Shown: positions 10,901 to 19,622 of the stretch, one piece after another | How the letters are laid out: each line of letters begins with the position of its first letter | Numbering within the stretch: position 1 is the first letter of the stretch | IMG/VR virus record: IMGVR_UViG_3300029288_000118 | Location: 29,987 to 93,986 of that record | Reading direction: 5' to 3' (one strand) | Source of the DNA: a virus | Lineage: Duplodnaviria > Caudoviricetes | DNA length: 64,000 nucleotides | Translations under genes and position numbers: made by a program | The notes under the pieces: generated by a model | The model's input: only the letters and a program-made list of their open reading frames with translations | What the model was told of the DNA's origin: nothing | The model's database searches: none

Positions 10901-11013
10901 CGAGTGCAAGTGTGGCAGCAGGTAAAGCGATATACTTACGTTTAACTGCTGAACCTGATGCGGCAACCAAATGGGTGTGTGTGGATGTGGTTTATAAAGC
11001 AGCCGGATACTAA
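7945..11013 (+). CDS. Right-handed beta-helix (pectate-lyase-like) spike/depolymerase with Sec signal peptide
   Basis: Start at ATG 7945, MKKLLSIIFLLFITIQIGFS-Q; GVDATGAD...IRSAID...GGKIYFPPTGIY beta-helix cap; many Asn/Ile-rich coils. Confidence 0.8.
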   Translation: MKKLLSIIFLLFITIQIGFSQGSYWNLVMNKLVPINSSWKLADSLITGTRFLLASDSTGDNGYTKNWKLGGYQPISNNLTIYAGITPSADAQTLLSRTFAQMRADIGASDSTISRDTTYSESVSQITEGDNITVEKHGKGYKINSTGGSDFNVCDSTLVFNINSFPGVDATGADTCQTSIRSAIDYVTSLGGKIYFPPTGIYLVRGRCLNYQSKAALNVETVIEAGINLPSNAHLILDGTIQVMTDTLAINCPILISNGVKNVTIEGRGKIRGDRTTHDFTKDQEISTTHEFGHLIVMGNCDSIVIRDINLVGATGDGICIYRQGQVYLEYFNYTRNFPTNVLIDNVQIDSCRRVGINNCFGEYITIRNCKFNYIGIDDGYEDGVAPRAAINHESGLGKKAEHIKIEGGFSVGCRGGVNLFDANYIVCQGFITDAVIAMGYACNGSITGCVAKSISSIGARPNSHGEFTYAGDSLSITTDANHGYSVGDSVSMDILVSTTKYKIAGGTFVITSSAAADEFVVHKTSLGATSGYVRLLGRYTVTDDVVHVEFPYTHDLGPGEPIHVTYRHSNGIVQYNGDGDPEMGNFIITSIDSPTNASKGYSYIDADVTTSAGALYDRFIENNFEIANNTITNGGIVLAGHNVNCHHNIIQNAENGIYATAFFNGKISNNIISNVNKGIYASIVQTEISENKIYSSGSTGIQLTGGRDITLSGNKIYDSYRGIYITGCSAPRIIDNTIDVTGFTKTSANDGIYISASDSARILLQGNKLINYSGSQGFDIDAKADIINNYIIDFKGTTAIDLSVSGATRQRNNIMDNYISFTRGSAGGTGILTSGDSLAIIKGNTIWTTNSNAVTTGINTSGSVYSAIKLNVLRSGAMTHHASDTLQLNLVGDTFDPPLPGLYKHFYALIDTPLYRYTQDSIIALTYKTTEAITIAGIQISCDADPTTEIAGNLVYADDLITRANPVIINSVNTATGVLTDVSITSASVAAGKAIYLRLTAEPDAATKWVCVDVVYKAAGY

Positions 11014-11084
11014 AATGAGCACAGATCTCTACGTCCGGCTTATTTTTAAGACTGAGATATTAATAAATTTCAAAGGAGTATCAA

Positions 11085-11801
11085 ATGCCAAACGATAGCA
11101 AAAAATCATTGAAACCACCGAAGGAGTGGTGGGATAAAAAATATGCAGAGATCAAAAAGGGAAATCCGGATTATACAGACGAGCAAATTCGGTCAACCGT
11201 TGGAGCGATCTGGTATAAAGAAATGTCTAAACACCAGCGAAGCGAAAAACGCGAAGCCGAAGGAAAAACTTATGGCAAAGCTCCGGAGGCGGGAATAAAA
11301 AAGTCTATTCCGATGTTTTCTTTCATGCGGAAAAGTCAAAGTCATAGTCTCAAAGCAGAATTAGAAATGAATAAAGAAGAGTCTTCAATTCCGGCAATCG
11401 TATGTGAATATTATGGGAAGAATGGGAGTTTTGAAGAACTGCGTGTAGTCACCGCGATGGAGGTCTTGGAAAGTCCTGATAAATACGACAGCCGGACCTT
11501 TGCGCTTCTAATTCGGAATCTTGGTCGAAAGCTCGTATACGAATATAGTTCAGATGGTCAAGTAAAATGTATACAAGTTATAATTGATCTGGCTGAAGAA
11601 CTTGAAGAACGACTAAAAGAAGAAAAGAAGGCCAAAGAAAAAATACGAGAAGAGACAAAATCGGAACCCGTAATGCAAAGTAACTGGCAGAAGAAAGAAG
11701 AGTATTTTATGGGTAAAAGTATCATGGAGCTTCCAGTAGATGTTGATTGTATAGAAGACTATCTCAGCGATGCGCCTGAATTGGAACGCGATGGAGAGTA
11801 A
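11085..11801 (+). CDS. Hypothetical protein with K-S motifs (possible protease-processed internal head protein)
   Basis: AAAGGAG RBS; PPKEWW N-terminus; KKSL, KKSI, RKSQ and GKSI motifs. Confidence 0.5.
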   Translation: MPNDSKKSLKPPKEWWDKKYAEIKKGNPDYTDEQIRSTVGAIWYKEMSKHQRSEKREAEGKTYGKAPEAGIKKSIPMFSFMRKSQSHSLKAELEMNKEESSIPAIVCEYYGKNGSFEELRVVTAMEVLESPDKYDSRTFALLIRNLGRKLVYEYSSDGQVKCIQVIIDLAEELEERLKEEKKAKEKIREETKSEPVMQSNWQKKEEYFMGKSIMELPVDVDCIEDYLSDAPELERDGE

Positions 11802-12691
11802 TGGCATACGAACTTACATATAATGATCCATTGATTATATCTTTTGATCTACCAGATAGATTGTTGGCATTTGTAGACCAATTCAAAGGAGACTTACAGA
11901 ATTCTATCCCAGAGATTATTTCTGTAACCGTAGATCAGCTTGAATTAATGTGGAAACAAGAGGCAAGTAATTCATTAAAAGATGCAAGCGGGTATAACAC
12001 ATCTTTTTCTCGTGAGGATATCTCTCCATTTCATGTAAGACTTGAAAACAACCATAAAGCTGTATGGTTTTTGGAATTAGGTACAAGCCCATTTGATATG
12101 AAGAGGATGCTCGATACTGGAAGCAAAGTAAAAATGTCGCAAAAAGGGAATCGATATATCCGGATTCCATTTGAGGGTAAAGTCAAAGACTATATAGCCG
12201 GAGGGGTATCTCAGAAAGATATCCAGCGGATGAAAGGGTCAAGATTTTCGATAGATGATCAAGGGCGGAGAATAACTTTATACGGTGATAGATTGCATAC
12301 GAATGTTGGAATAAAGAGAAAATATTTTACAGTCCTCAACGCGCCGAGAAGTAAATTTCCGAACAAAACAAATTCTCCGAACATGGGCTTTGCTCCGTAT
12401 ACAGAATACAAGTCAGCAACAACAATTGACTATACCTGGAAGTCTTCTCCGTATGAAGGTGCAATTAAGATGGTAGATTTTCAAGGAAAAACAATAGGAA
12501 TGCAGACATTCAGGACTATATCTGATAACAGTGATCCCGAAAGCTGGATCCATCCGGGAATCAGAGCATCACACATTGCTGAAAAAGCTGTAAATGCAGT
12601 TAAACCCCAGTTTGATGCCGAGATAAGTAGGGTATTACAACCTATATTTGACAATTTTGAACAATCATTTAAAAATGCTGGTTTCGATTAG
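11801..12691 (+). CDS. Neck/virion morphogenesis protein (HK97 gp10-like)
   Basis: FLELGTSPFDMK, YIRIPF and FRTISDNSDPESWIHPG motifs typical of myophage neck proteins. Confidence 0.7.
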   Translation: MAYELTYNDPLIISFDLPDRLLAFVDQFKGDLQNSIPEIISVTVDQLELMWKQEASNSLKDASGYNTSFSREDISPFHVRLENNHKAVWFLELGTSPFDMKRMLDTGSKVKMSQKGNRYIRIPFEGKVKDYIAGGVSQKDIQRMKGSRFSIDDQGRRITLYGDRLHTNVGIKRKYFTVLNAPRSKFPNKTNSPNMGFAPYTEYKSATTIDYTWKSSPYEGAIKMVDFQGKTIGMQTFRTISDNSDPESWIHPGIRASHIAEKAVNAVKPQFDAEISRVLQPIFDNFEQSFKNAGFD

Positions 12692-12725
12692 CCGGTTTCT
12701 CCCCTGCCTAAGCTATTCGTGCCAG

Positions 12726-12751
12726 AAAGCCCTATTAGATAGGGCTTTTTT
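12726..12751 (+). terminator. Rho-independent terminator ending the head/neck operon
   Basis: AAAGCCCTAT-TAG-ATAGGGCTTT plus T-run. Confidence 0.85.
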
Positions 12752-12755
12752 GTTT

Positions 12756-12805
12756 TTCCGCTATCTACCACAAGGTGAAATGTGTAAAAACTATATTTGT
12801 ATAGA
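12756..12805 (+). promoter_or_regulatory. Bipartite motif copy 2 upstream of the tail operon
   Basis: 25-bp box identical to 229-253, then TTTGTATAGA after the same 15-nt spacer; lies right after a terminator. Confidence 0.6.
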
Positions 12806-12846
12806 ACTTTTGATTTACTTTGCTTCATTTAACAACAAAATAAATA

Positions 12847-13770
12847 ATGGCAACTGAACCATTAACATCATTCACCGTGATCAATGATGCAAGAGGATAC
12901 GGTGGAATTCTTTTCCTCAACTGGATCTATCCCGATAATTTACCAACAAGTTGGAAACTCTATATTTTTAAAAAGCAAGGTTCGTATGTAACAACCGAAC
13001 AAATAAACGACTACTTCAGTGGTTCACTTGATAGCACAGAACTCGACAAACTTGGAATTTATGTCTATAACAATTTGCCGATGAAAACAGGTTTTCTCGG
13101 ATTAAAAGACTTTGTTGTAGAAAATTCAAAAGAATACTTTTACAAAGCCTTAATACGAGATACGGCACTGAACGTCAACTCAGAGATACTTTCTGCAAGC
13201 TGTAAGCCTGAGAGCAATATTTATATACGAGTGTTCGATTCAAAGGATATAGTTGCAAAAGCTGTGGAGAAAACATTGCAGGCTGTAAAAACCGTAAGTG
13301 GATTCCATCCGCAAATAGAGAGAGATATTAGAGTTTTTAAATCTCATAACGAGAGACAGAACGAAGACAATTTTTTCGTCGTAAGCCGTGTAAGCGGACA
13401 GAATATTAATCGTACACTATCGAATATTATTGCTGAATTAGAAGATGCAAAATTATTAGGTCAAATAGATTACGATGTTTTACAGGTCGAATGGATATGT
13501 ATTGGTGTAGGCGAACGAAGGGACAAATATAGCCTGATCATGAAAGTTATGAGACCTATATTTGAGCATTTCGCAATTCAATTAGGGGACGGTGCGGTAG
13601 GTAAGGTAGAAACAATTATGCTCGGCGATAGTGACATTCGATATGGTGGAGACACTGGAGCACCAGCACTTCGCGGAGTAATGAATGTAGTGATTCAATT
13701 GGAGCAACTGGTTCAAATTGGCAGGTCAGACGTGGGAAGCTGGGAAGAAATTCAAAATACTTATTCTTAG
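12847..13770 (+). CDS. Tail completion/terminator protein with N-terminal FN3-like domain
   Basis: Two genes upstream of the sheath; FN3-like pattern LNW...IFKK...YFYKA. Confidence 0.55.
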   Translation: MATEPLTSFTVINDARGYGGILFLNWIYPDNLPTSWKLYIFKKQGSYVTTEQINDYFSGSLDSTELDKLGIYVYNNLPMKTGFLGLKDFVVENSKEYFYKALIRDTALNVNSEILSASCKPESNIYIRVFDSKDIVAKAVEKTLQAVKTVSGFHPQIERDIRVFKSHNERQNEDNFFVVSRVSGQNINRTLSNIIAELEDAKLLGQIDYDVLQVEWICIGVGERRDKYSLIMKVMRPIFEHFAIQLGDGAVGKVETIMLGDSDIRYGGDTGAPALRGVMNVVIQLEQLVQIGRSDVGSWEEIQNTYS

Positions 13771-13779
13771 GAGAGTATC

Positions 13780-13992
13780 ATGAGTAAAACAAATCGTTCT
13801 CGACAATCACAATCGCAATTGCAAAGCAACAATGTTGACAGAATTGATCTTCATACATTTATTAATATTAAAGGTTATTCTGTAGCAATTGAAAACAGGA
13901 TTAAGATATTCTTGGGTAATAAATTATCCGAGAGAACAACTGAAGAATGGGAAAACGTCTATTCACAGGCAATGAATCGAATAACAAAGTAA
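13780..13992 (+). CDS. Small pre-sheath protein
   Basis: AGGAG RBS; RTTEEWENVY motif; position just before the sheath gene. Confidence 0.55.
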   Translation: MSKTNRSRQSQSQLQSNNVDRIDLHTFINIKGYSVAIENRIKIFLGNKLSERTTEEWENVYSQAMNRITK

Positions 13993-14018
13993 TTAAAAAT
14001 TTCTAAGGAGATAAAACA

Positions 14019-15959
14019 ATGTTAATATTAGGCAGTCAAACTATTCTCGTGCCAGGTGTCTGGGCGATAACAAAAATTATCCAAGAAGGCGGAAACGCGC
14101 TTCCGATCTTCAATGTTGGAGTTATAATTGGAGAAGGGGTGAGAGGTGTGCCGTATACGCCAGGACATGGTGCAAGCCCGACAATGACGGCAGATGAATT
14201 TATTCTCCCGTTTACGAACACTACTGATTTAATTAACCAAGCAGGATTCGAGGGAGATGCTAACGCAGTGACCTTCATGCGTTATGCAAAAAAGAAAGGT
14301 GCTGGCAAGGTTTATTTTCTAAATGTCCGGCCTTTAACAGGGATGAGGGGTGGCGTGGTGCAAAATGCGGTTACAGGTGCGGTATTGACAGTATCTATTG
14401 GTGCGGGTGGAACAGGATATCGAGTAGCTGATATTCTGACAATTACTGGAGGTGGAGGAAATTGTACTCTGAGAGTAGCAACGATTGATACAGGCGGTGT
14501 GGTCTTAACCGTGACAATTGTCTTTGCGGGTTCCGGTTATAGCACGGGCGATGGAAATGCAACCACAGCGGATCCAGCGGGTGGAAGCGGGTGTACAATA
14601 GATATTGACTCGGTTGATACCGGCCAGAACTGCTTGACATTTGCATCCAGAGATTATGGTGCATTTGTCAACGACACATCGTTGACGATTGCAACATCCA
14701 TACACACGATCATTCCGCCAAAGAACTGCACTCTTTTAACAGCGAATAGCGGTACCGGAAAGACGATAGAAGTTGGTGACGTAGGAGCTTTTAAGGTTGG
14801 AGAAACAGTATACCTCACGAGTAATGCCTATGCAGCTCCAGTAGCAGAAGTTATAGAGGCAATTAATTACGATACGAATGAAATAACATTCGAGGATGCT
14901 ATATCAGTATCGGCATTGACCTCTGATTATGCACGTATCTTCCAGGAAGACACGGACAACGAAGAGGTGAGTGATGCCCTCACTACCAAACAATTGGTAG
15001 AAGAATTTTATGCAACATCAAAATATTTATCCGTCGAAGTATCAGCGGGTATCACGGTAATGCCTGTAACAAAATCGAAGACTTATATTCAAAACCTTAC
15101 GAGTGCAACAAAAGCAACGACTCCAGCGACACAAGCAAGCGACTGGCAAAATGTGGCAGATGATTTCAACCGATGGAACAATGAATTCGCGCTTGTCAAT
15201 AAAGTATATTTAAGAGTGCTCGGTTTGACAACAACAGACAGTGCAAATCATGCAGCATTCTCGGCGTTAGCTATTGCTCAACGTGCTCTCAACAAGCCGA
15301 TTGCAGTAGTAGCAGGATGTGAATTAGGTGATTATGCACTGGCAACTTCAAATGCTGATTCATCGATTGCTCGTGCCAGAGCATTAAACGATGAGAATTT
15401 TCAACTGGCAGAAGTTGGACTCGACGGATATTCGGCTGGGCTTTCTTTGGCCGGTGAGTTATTCGGAATGCGATTAGCTAACAGTGTTAATCATAATCAA
15501 ACATGGGACGAAGTAGTTGCATCGTCAGTTGAAAAATTTTATTTCCAGGATGATGCGGATTATGAAACGCGGATAATTTCCGGAGTTGTGACAATACTTG
15601 CGACAAAAGACGGATTCAAAATATCGCAAGGCGTTAATACTTATCAGGATCAATCCACGACATTTAATGAAAACACGAAGAAAACATATCTTATCCAGAA
15701 TAGGGATGTAGCTGATTTTGATTTAAGAGCTATGATTGAACTATTAGAAACAGCGAACGGTCAGGACGGATTGACAAAAGAATCGCTTGCTAACCTGGTA
15801 GTTAAACAAAGCGATATCCTTGTATCGGGCGGGATAATAACTTCATACTCGATAACCGACATCACAAAATCAGGTAACGCTTGGACCGTGAAACGTCAGG
15901 CAAGTGTTGATAGTCCGACAGACTTTATAGGTCTTGAAAATACAATTTTGGTAAACTAA
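14019..15959 (+). CDS. Tail sheath protein
   Basis: N-terminal PGVW, VIIGE..RG.PY, SRDYG and C-terminal ISQGVNTY; 646 aa, followed by a tube-sized gene. Confidence 0.9.
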   Translation: MLILGSQTILVPGVWAITKIIQEGGNALPIFNVGVIIGEGVRGVPYTPGHGASPTMTADEFILPFTNTTDLINQAGFEGDANAVTFMRYAKKKGAGKVYFLNVRPLTGMRGGVVQNAVTGAVLTVSIGAGGTGYRVADILTITGGGGNCTLRVATIDTGGVVLTVTIVFAGSGYSTGDGNATTADPAGGSGCTIDIDSVDTGQNCLTFASRDYGAFVNDTSLTIATSIHTIIPPKNCTLLTANSGTGKTIEVGDVGAFKVGETVYLTSNAYAAPVAEVIEAINYDTNEITFEDAISVSALTSDYARIFQEDTDNEEVSDALTTKQLVEEFYATSKYLSVEVSAGITVMPVTKSKTYIQNLTSATKATTPATQASDWQNVADDFNRWNNEFALVNKVYLRVLGLTTTDSANHAAFSALAIAQRALNKPIAVVAGCELGDYALATSNADSSIARARALNDENFQLAEVGLDGYSAGLSLAGELFGMRLANSVNHNQTWDEVVASSVEKFYFQDDADYETRIISGVVTILATKDGFKISQGVNTYQDQSTTFNENTKKTYLIQNRDVADFDLRAMIELLETANGQDGLTKESLANLVVKQSDILVSGGIITSYSITDITKSGNAWTVKRQASVDSPTDFIGLENTILVN

Positions 15960-15974
15960 TGAGGAGATAAAATT

Positions 15975-16505
15975 ATGTCACAGGTAAAAATTGCCAATCC
16001 TACAGTAGATTATGACCGTGCATCGAATGGGTCAGCTCAAGCCGGGCTACTCGTGAGAGGTGATCCAACTAAACCGGACAATATCATTGCTCGATGTTCA
16101 AATATAACCTGGAGGGTAGGATTTAATATTTCCGATATACCGGAAATCAATACACGAATCTCAAAAGAGACTGCATACGGTAGGCAGGATTTAGTAACTG
16201 GTCAAATAGGACTTGTTATGACGTTGAGAAATAACGATCTCCTACCGACTTCCCGGACGTTAAAAGATGATGATGATGAAATGACTCTTTACCTTATGAG
16301 TGGTGATGATCATAAACTCACTACTCAGGACGGAAAAGTTATCAGTGATGTATTTGTCGGAGTTAAAATCAGCGATAAAGCAGGCGGAGCAGCGGTCAAT
16401 CAATTACGCATGACAAATGTAGGTTGGATTGCCAGAGATCACATGACTGGCGGTGAATGGAAATTAAAGAATCCCGCAACTCCGTATCCAGCAACAGTAT
16501 CATAA
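15975..16505 (+). CDS. Tail tube protein
   Basis: 176 aa beta-rich protein immediately after the sheath; GAGGAG RBS. Confidence 0.8.
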   Translation: MSQVKIANPTVDYDRASNGSAQAGLLVRGDPTKPDNIIARCSNITWRVGFNISDIPEINTRISKETAYGRQDLVTGQIGLVMTLRNNDLLPTSRTLKDDDDEMTLYLMSGDDHKLTTQDGKVISDVFVGVKISDKAGGAAVNQLRMTNVGWIARDHMTGGEWKLKNPATPYPATVS

Positions 16506-16509
16506 CCAC

Positions 16510-16545
16510 ATAGCTGGGTAATGTAGAAATATATTACCCAGCTAT
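16510..16545 (+). terminator. Stable hairpin after the tube gene
   Basis: ATAGCTGGGTAAT / ATTACCCAGCTAT perfect 13-bp stem, no U-tract. Confidence 0.55.
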
Positions 16546-16571
16546 AAAACTAAAAGAGGAGAAAACAGACT

Positions 16572-17015
16572 ATGGAAACGAAGACATTTGAGGTTGAAGG
16601 AATAGGAAAGTTTGAATTTTTACCGGAACTTCCCCATACTATATTTTTCATGGACAAACGCAAAAGAATGATATCTTTTGTGGGCGGAATACGGAATTTA
16701 CTTACCCTCGAAACCATGATGAACGATGGACTTGATTATGATGAAAAATCAAGAATGTATAAAGCGAAAGAATCGGCAGATGAAATGACTCAAAAACTTG
16801 GTTTTGCAGCCCTGTTTGAGTATAATCGCGCTGGATCTATGGTTGAGATGCAAGACCATATAGTAAAGTACCCTGAAGGTAAAACACTTGAACGACTTTT
16901 GCCGGAGGAATTCGCAAAAGTAGAAGAGGAGTTTAGTAAACAGTTATCTTCCTTTCGCGATAAGGGTAAAGAAAAAACAGAATCTTCTTCTTCACCTTCT
17001 CAATCTCAAGGATGA
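16572..17015 (+). CDS. Tail assembly chaperone
   Basis: Between tube and tape measure; ends with SSFR plus a low-complexity tail. Confidence 0.75.
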   Translation: METKTFEVEGIGKFEFLPELPHTIFFMDKRKRMISFVGGIRNLLTLETMMNDGLDYDEKSRMYKAKESADEMTQKLGFAALFEYNRAGSMVEMQDHIVKYPEGKTLERLLPEEFAKVEEEFSKQLSSFRDKGKEKTESSSSPSQSQG

Positions 17016-17100
17016 TAAGCAAAAAATACTTTCAATAACATTTCAGGAGCAAGTAGATAAGTATAAAAGAGTAGTTAGTATTTGGAAGCGGAAATATAAT

Positions 17101-17316
17101 TTGACATCTAATGATCCAAGATACTTAACGGCAACATATACAAATATACTGACAGATGTTCTGGAAGAGGTTGTAGGTAATTTTGTTGAAAACTTTGAGA
17201 TGTGGGATGATGAAACCAATAAAAAACTTAGAGAGCAAATAATTAATCCGAACTTTGCTGAGGAGGAACGGGAACGTCTTGCTCAGGAAATTCAGAATTT
17301 GTTTGGAAAACAATAA
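17101..17316 (+). CDS. Second tail chaperone segment, probably a +1 frameshift extension of 16572-17015
   Basis: Frame is open from 16924 with no convincing start; WKRKYNLTSNDPRYL resembles the K-like second chaperone. Confidence 0.65.
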   Translation: MTSNDPRYLTATYTNILTDVLEEVVGNFVENFEMWDDETNKKLREQIINPNFAEEERERLAQEIQNLFGKQ

Positions 17317-19622
17317 TGGCCGATGATTTCTCAAAAAAATTAGGTATTGATGTAAAAGCCAATCTGGATCCCTCTGGTTTTGAGAGAGGAAGCGATAGGA
17401 TTATAGCAAGCGCGGAACATCAAAGAACGGCGTTAGAGGCACTGAGAAAATCTTCGCAAGAACTTCAACAGTTACAACAAGTATATTTAAAGACTCCGGA
17501 ACTCTATGCTCAACAAAGAGCGCAGTATACTGGAAGAGGAGCTTCAATATTTTCGCCTGAAGCGGAAAAGTTAAGACTTGCATCACTTGAACATCAAATT
17601 AGATTAGCCGGAGGCACAGCTCCGACAATAGCTGGTGGTGGCACAATTGAAGAGTTAGAGCAAAGGGATATTACAACCAGGCGGTTGAGGGGATTGGTTG
17701 AAGAAAAATTTTCTCAGTTCGGTGGTATGTCAAGAACTCAAAGAAAAGCCTTAATGGGTGACGTACAACCGCACATTCAAGAACTTCAAAGACGATATGG
17801 AGCGACACAATCCTATTATTCTGGCAGAGTGAGAGAGGCTACTGCGGAATTTGAGGCAATGTCTGGAGAGGATCAGTTAAAGAATCTTGATGCATTCAAT
17901 CACAAGATTCAGGTTTACGAGGATAATGCCAGAAAAGCACGGGTAGCATCCGACGAATTAGCTAAATCGACTAAGAAATTCACGGAAGAGGCGGGATTAG
18001 CGTCAAAATCGATTCCAGCTTACGCTGCAAGCGTCGTTAATATGGGAATAACCATTGGACAAGGGATAGCTCAAATATCTCGTGCAGGTGCGCTTGCGTT
18101 CGATTACAGCAGTCCTTATGCAATGTATTCAGCTCAACAACAGTTTGAGATCCAGCGGAGCAAGACTTTATGGAATACAGGAGGTTCCATAATAGGTCAA
18201 ATTGGCGGTGCAGCGGTAGGAGCTATGACAGGAATAAATCCTTTTGCTGCAAGCTATATAGGTGGAATGCTCGGTGGGGGAGCTGGAGATATTATTTCTA
18301 CGTTCTTAAATATCGAACCTGAAAGACAATTGAAATACATGGGACAGATGTATGGTAAATCGAGTCAAGCTGTGGATATGTTTACAGGAATTCAAGGTCA
18401 GGAATACGGTATTTCTCGGCGGACCGCAGCAACTCCAGCGCAAATTGCAGCAGTGCTCAGGAGATACGGTAACTTAGGTATTGATCAAGCACAAGCAGCT
18501 CAAATAGCAAATCAGTATGTGAATGCTACAGGCAGTATGAGTGTTGCTGGTTTAGACGAATGGATTAATATGTATGTCCGGACGGGAATAATGCCTCATG
18601 GGTTATTAGAAAAAATTTCCGGCGGAAGTTCGGTTAACATGCTTGCAAACGCAGGATTAGCAATGGGATTACCGAGAGCGAGATATGCTGATCTGAGTCA
18701 ATTTATGCAACAAGCTACAAGTGTTGCTGGTAGGTTGTTTACCAATCCTATGGATATAGAACGCGCAACATCAATGACGATGATGTTACCATATACACTG
18801 TATGGTGAAGGCGTGGGATCAAATAGGTGGGCAACATCCTTTGAAGGTATGCAACAAATAAGTCAAGGTTTCCAAGCATTGGGACAATCAAAGAATACTG
18901 GGGAGCAAGCATTTCTTTTTAACGCACTTAATCAAAGCGGTCAAAGTTGGCGAGAGACACTATTAAGAATGCAAGAAGGAATTTACGGTAAAGGAAATTT
19001 AAGGGACATATTGCAGTATACCCGTCGAGCATACGGTGGACGCGGTGGAGATGCATTGTTTTCGATGTTGTCAGAAAAAGGAGTTAACCCAGACATCGTA
19101 AGAAAACTTGTTGGAGAATTTGAAGGAAATTATAGCGGGTTAATTGCACGTATCGGCGAAGGTGCGGTCACAGAAAAAGACCTTTATAAAAAACTTGGTA
19201 TGACAGAAGTATCTCCATTAGCGAGAATTAAAGCAGGAGAATCGATAGCCGTGACTGAATCGGCAAGAGGCATGGCTGAAGCCTTTGCTACCGGACTTGC
19301 TCAATTCAATGTTCAGGTAGCAAGATTAGCTACTGGAGCTGATACACAGAGAAAAATTCAAGATATGCTGGGTAATGTTATACGTTCGGTTGAAGAAGCA
19401 TTTCAATCGCCAAAGCCAGCAAAACCGTTAAATCAAAACGATTTTTCGCCAGAAGAATGGGAGAGAATTCAACGTGTAAGAAAATCAATGCAGTCTCTTG
19501 TATTGCCAGACGGAAAGAAAATTAACTTCACTGTAGAAACAACCACAACCGTGAATCTTGATTCGATTTTAAGTACAGTGCCAAGATCACAATATAGAAC
19601 TACATTTCCTTCTCATCCATAA
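17316..19622 (+). CDS. Tape measure protein
   Basis: After the chaperones; helical, Ala/Gly/Gln-rich, with a Gly-rich hydrophobic segment. Confidence 0.85.
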   Translation: MADDFSKKLGIDVKANLDPSGFERGSDRIIASAEHQRTALEALRKSSQELQQLQQVYLKTPELYAQQRAQYTGRGASIFSPEAEKLRLASLEHQIRLAGGTAPTIAGGGTIEELEQRDITTRRLRGLVEEKFSQFGGMSRTQRKALMGDVQPHIQELQRRYGATQSYYSGRVREATAEFEAMSGEDQLKNLDAFNHKIQVYEDNARKARVASDELAKSTKKFTEEAGLASKSIPAYAASVVNMGITIGQGIAQISRAGALAFDYSSPYAMYSAQQQFEIQRSKTLWNTGGSIIGQIGGAAVGAMTGINPFAASYIGGMLGGGAGDIISTFLNIEPERQLKYMGQMYGKSSQAVDMFTGIQGQEYGISRRTAATPAQIAAVLRRYGNLGIDQAQAAQIANQYVNATGSMSVAGLDEWINMYVRTGIMPHGLLEKISGGSSVNMLANAGLAMGLPRARYADLSQFMQQATSVAGRLFTNPMDIERATSMTMMLPYTLYGEGVGSNRWATSFEGMQQISQGFQALGQSKNTGEQAFLFNALNQSGQSWRETLLRMQEGIYGKGNLRDILQYTRRAYGGRGGDALFSMLSEKGVNPDIVRKLVGEFEGNYSGLIARIGEGAVTEKDLYKKLGMTEVSPLARIKAGESIAVTESARGMAEAFATGLAQFNVQVARLATGADTQRKIQDMLGNVIRSVEEAFQSPKPAKPLNQNDFSPEEWERIQRVRKSMQSLVLPDGKKINFTVETTTTVNLDSILSTVPRSQYRTTFPSHP

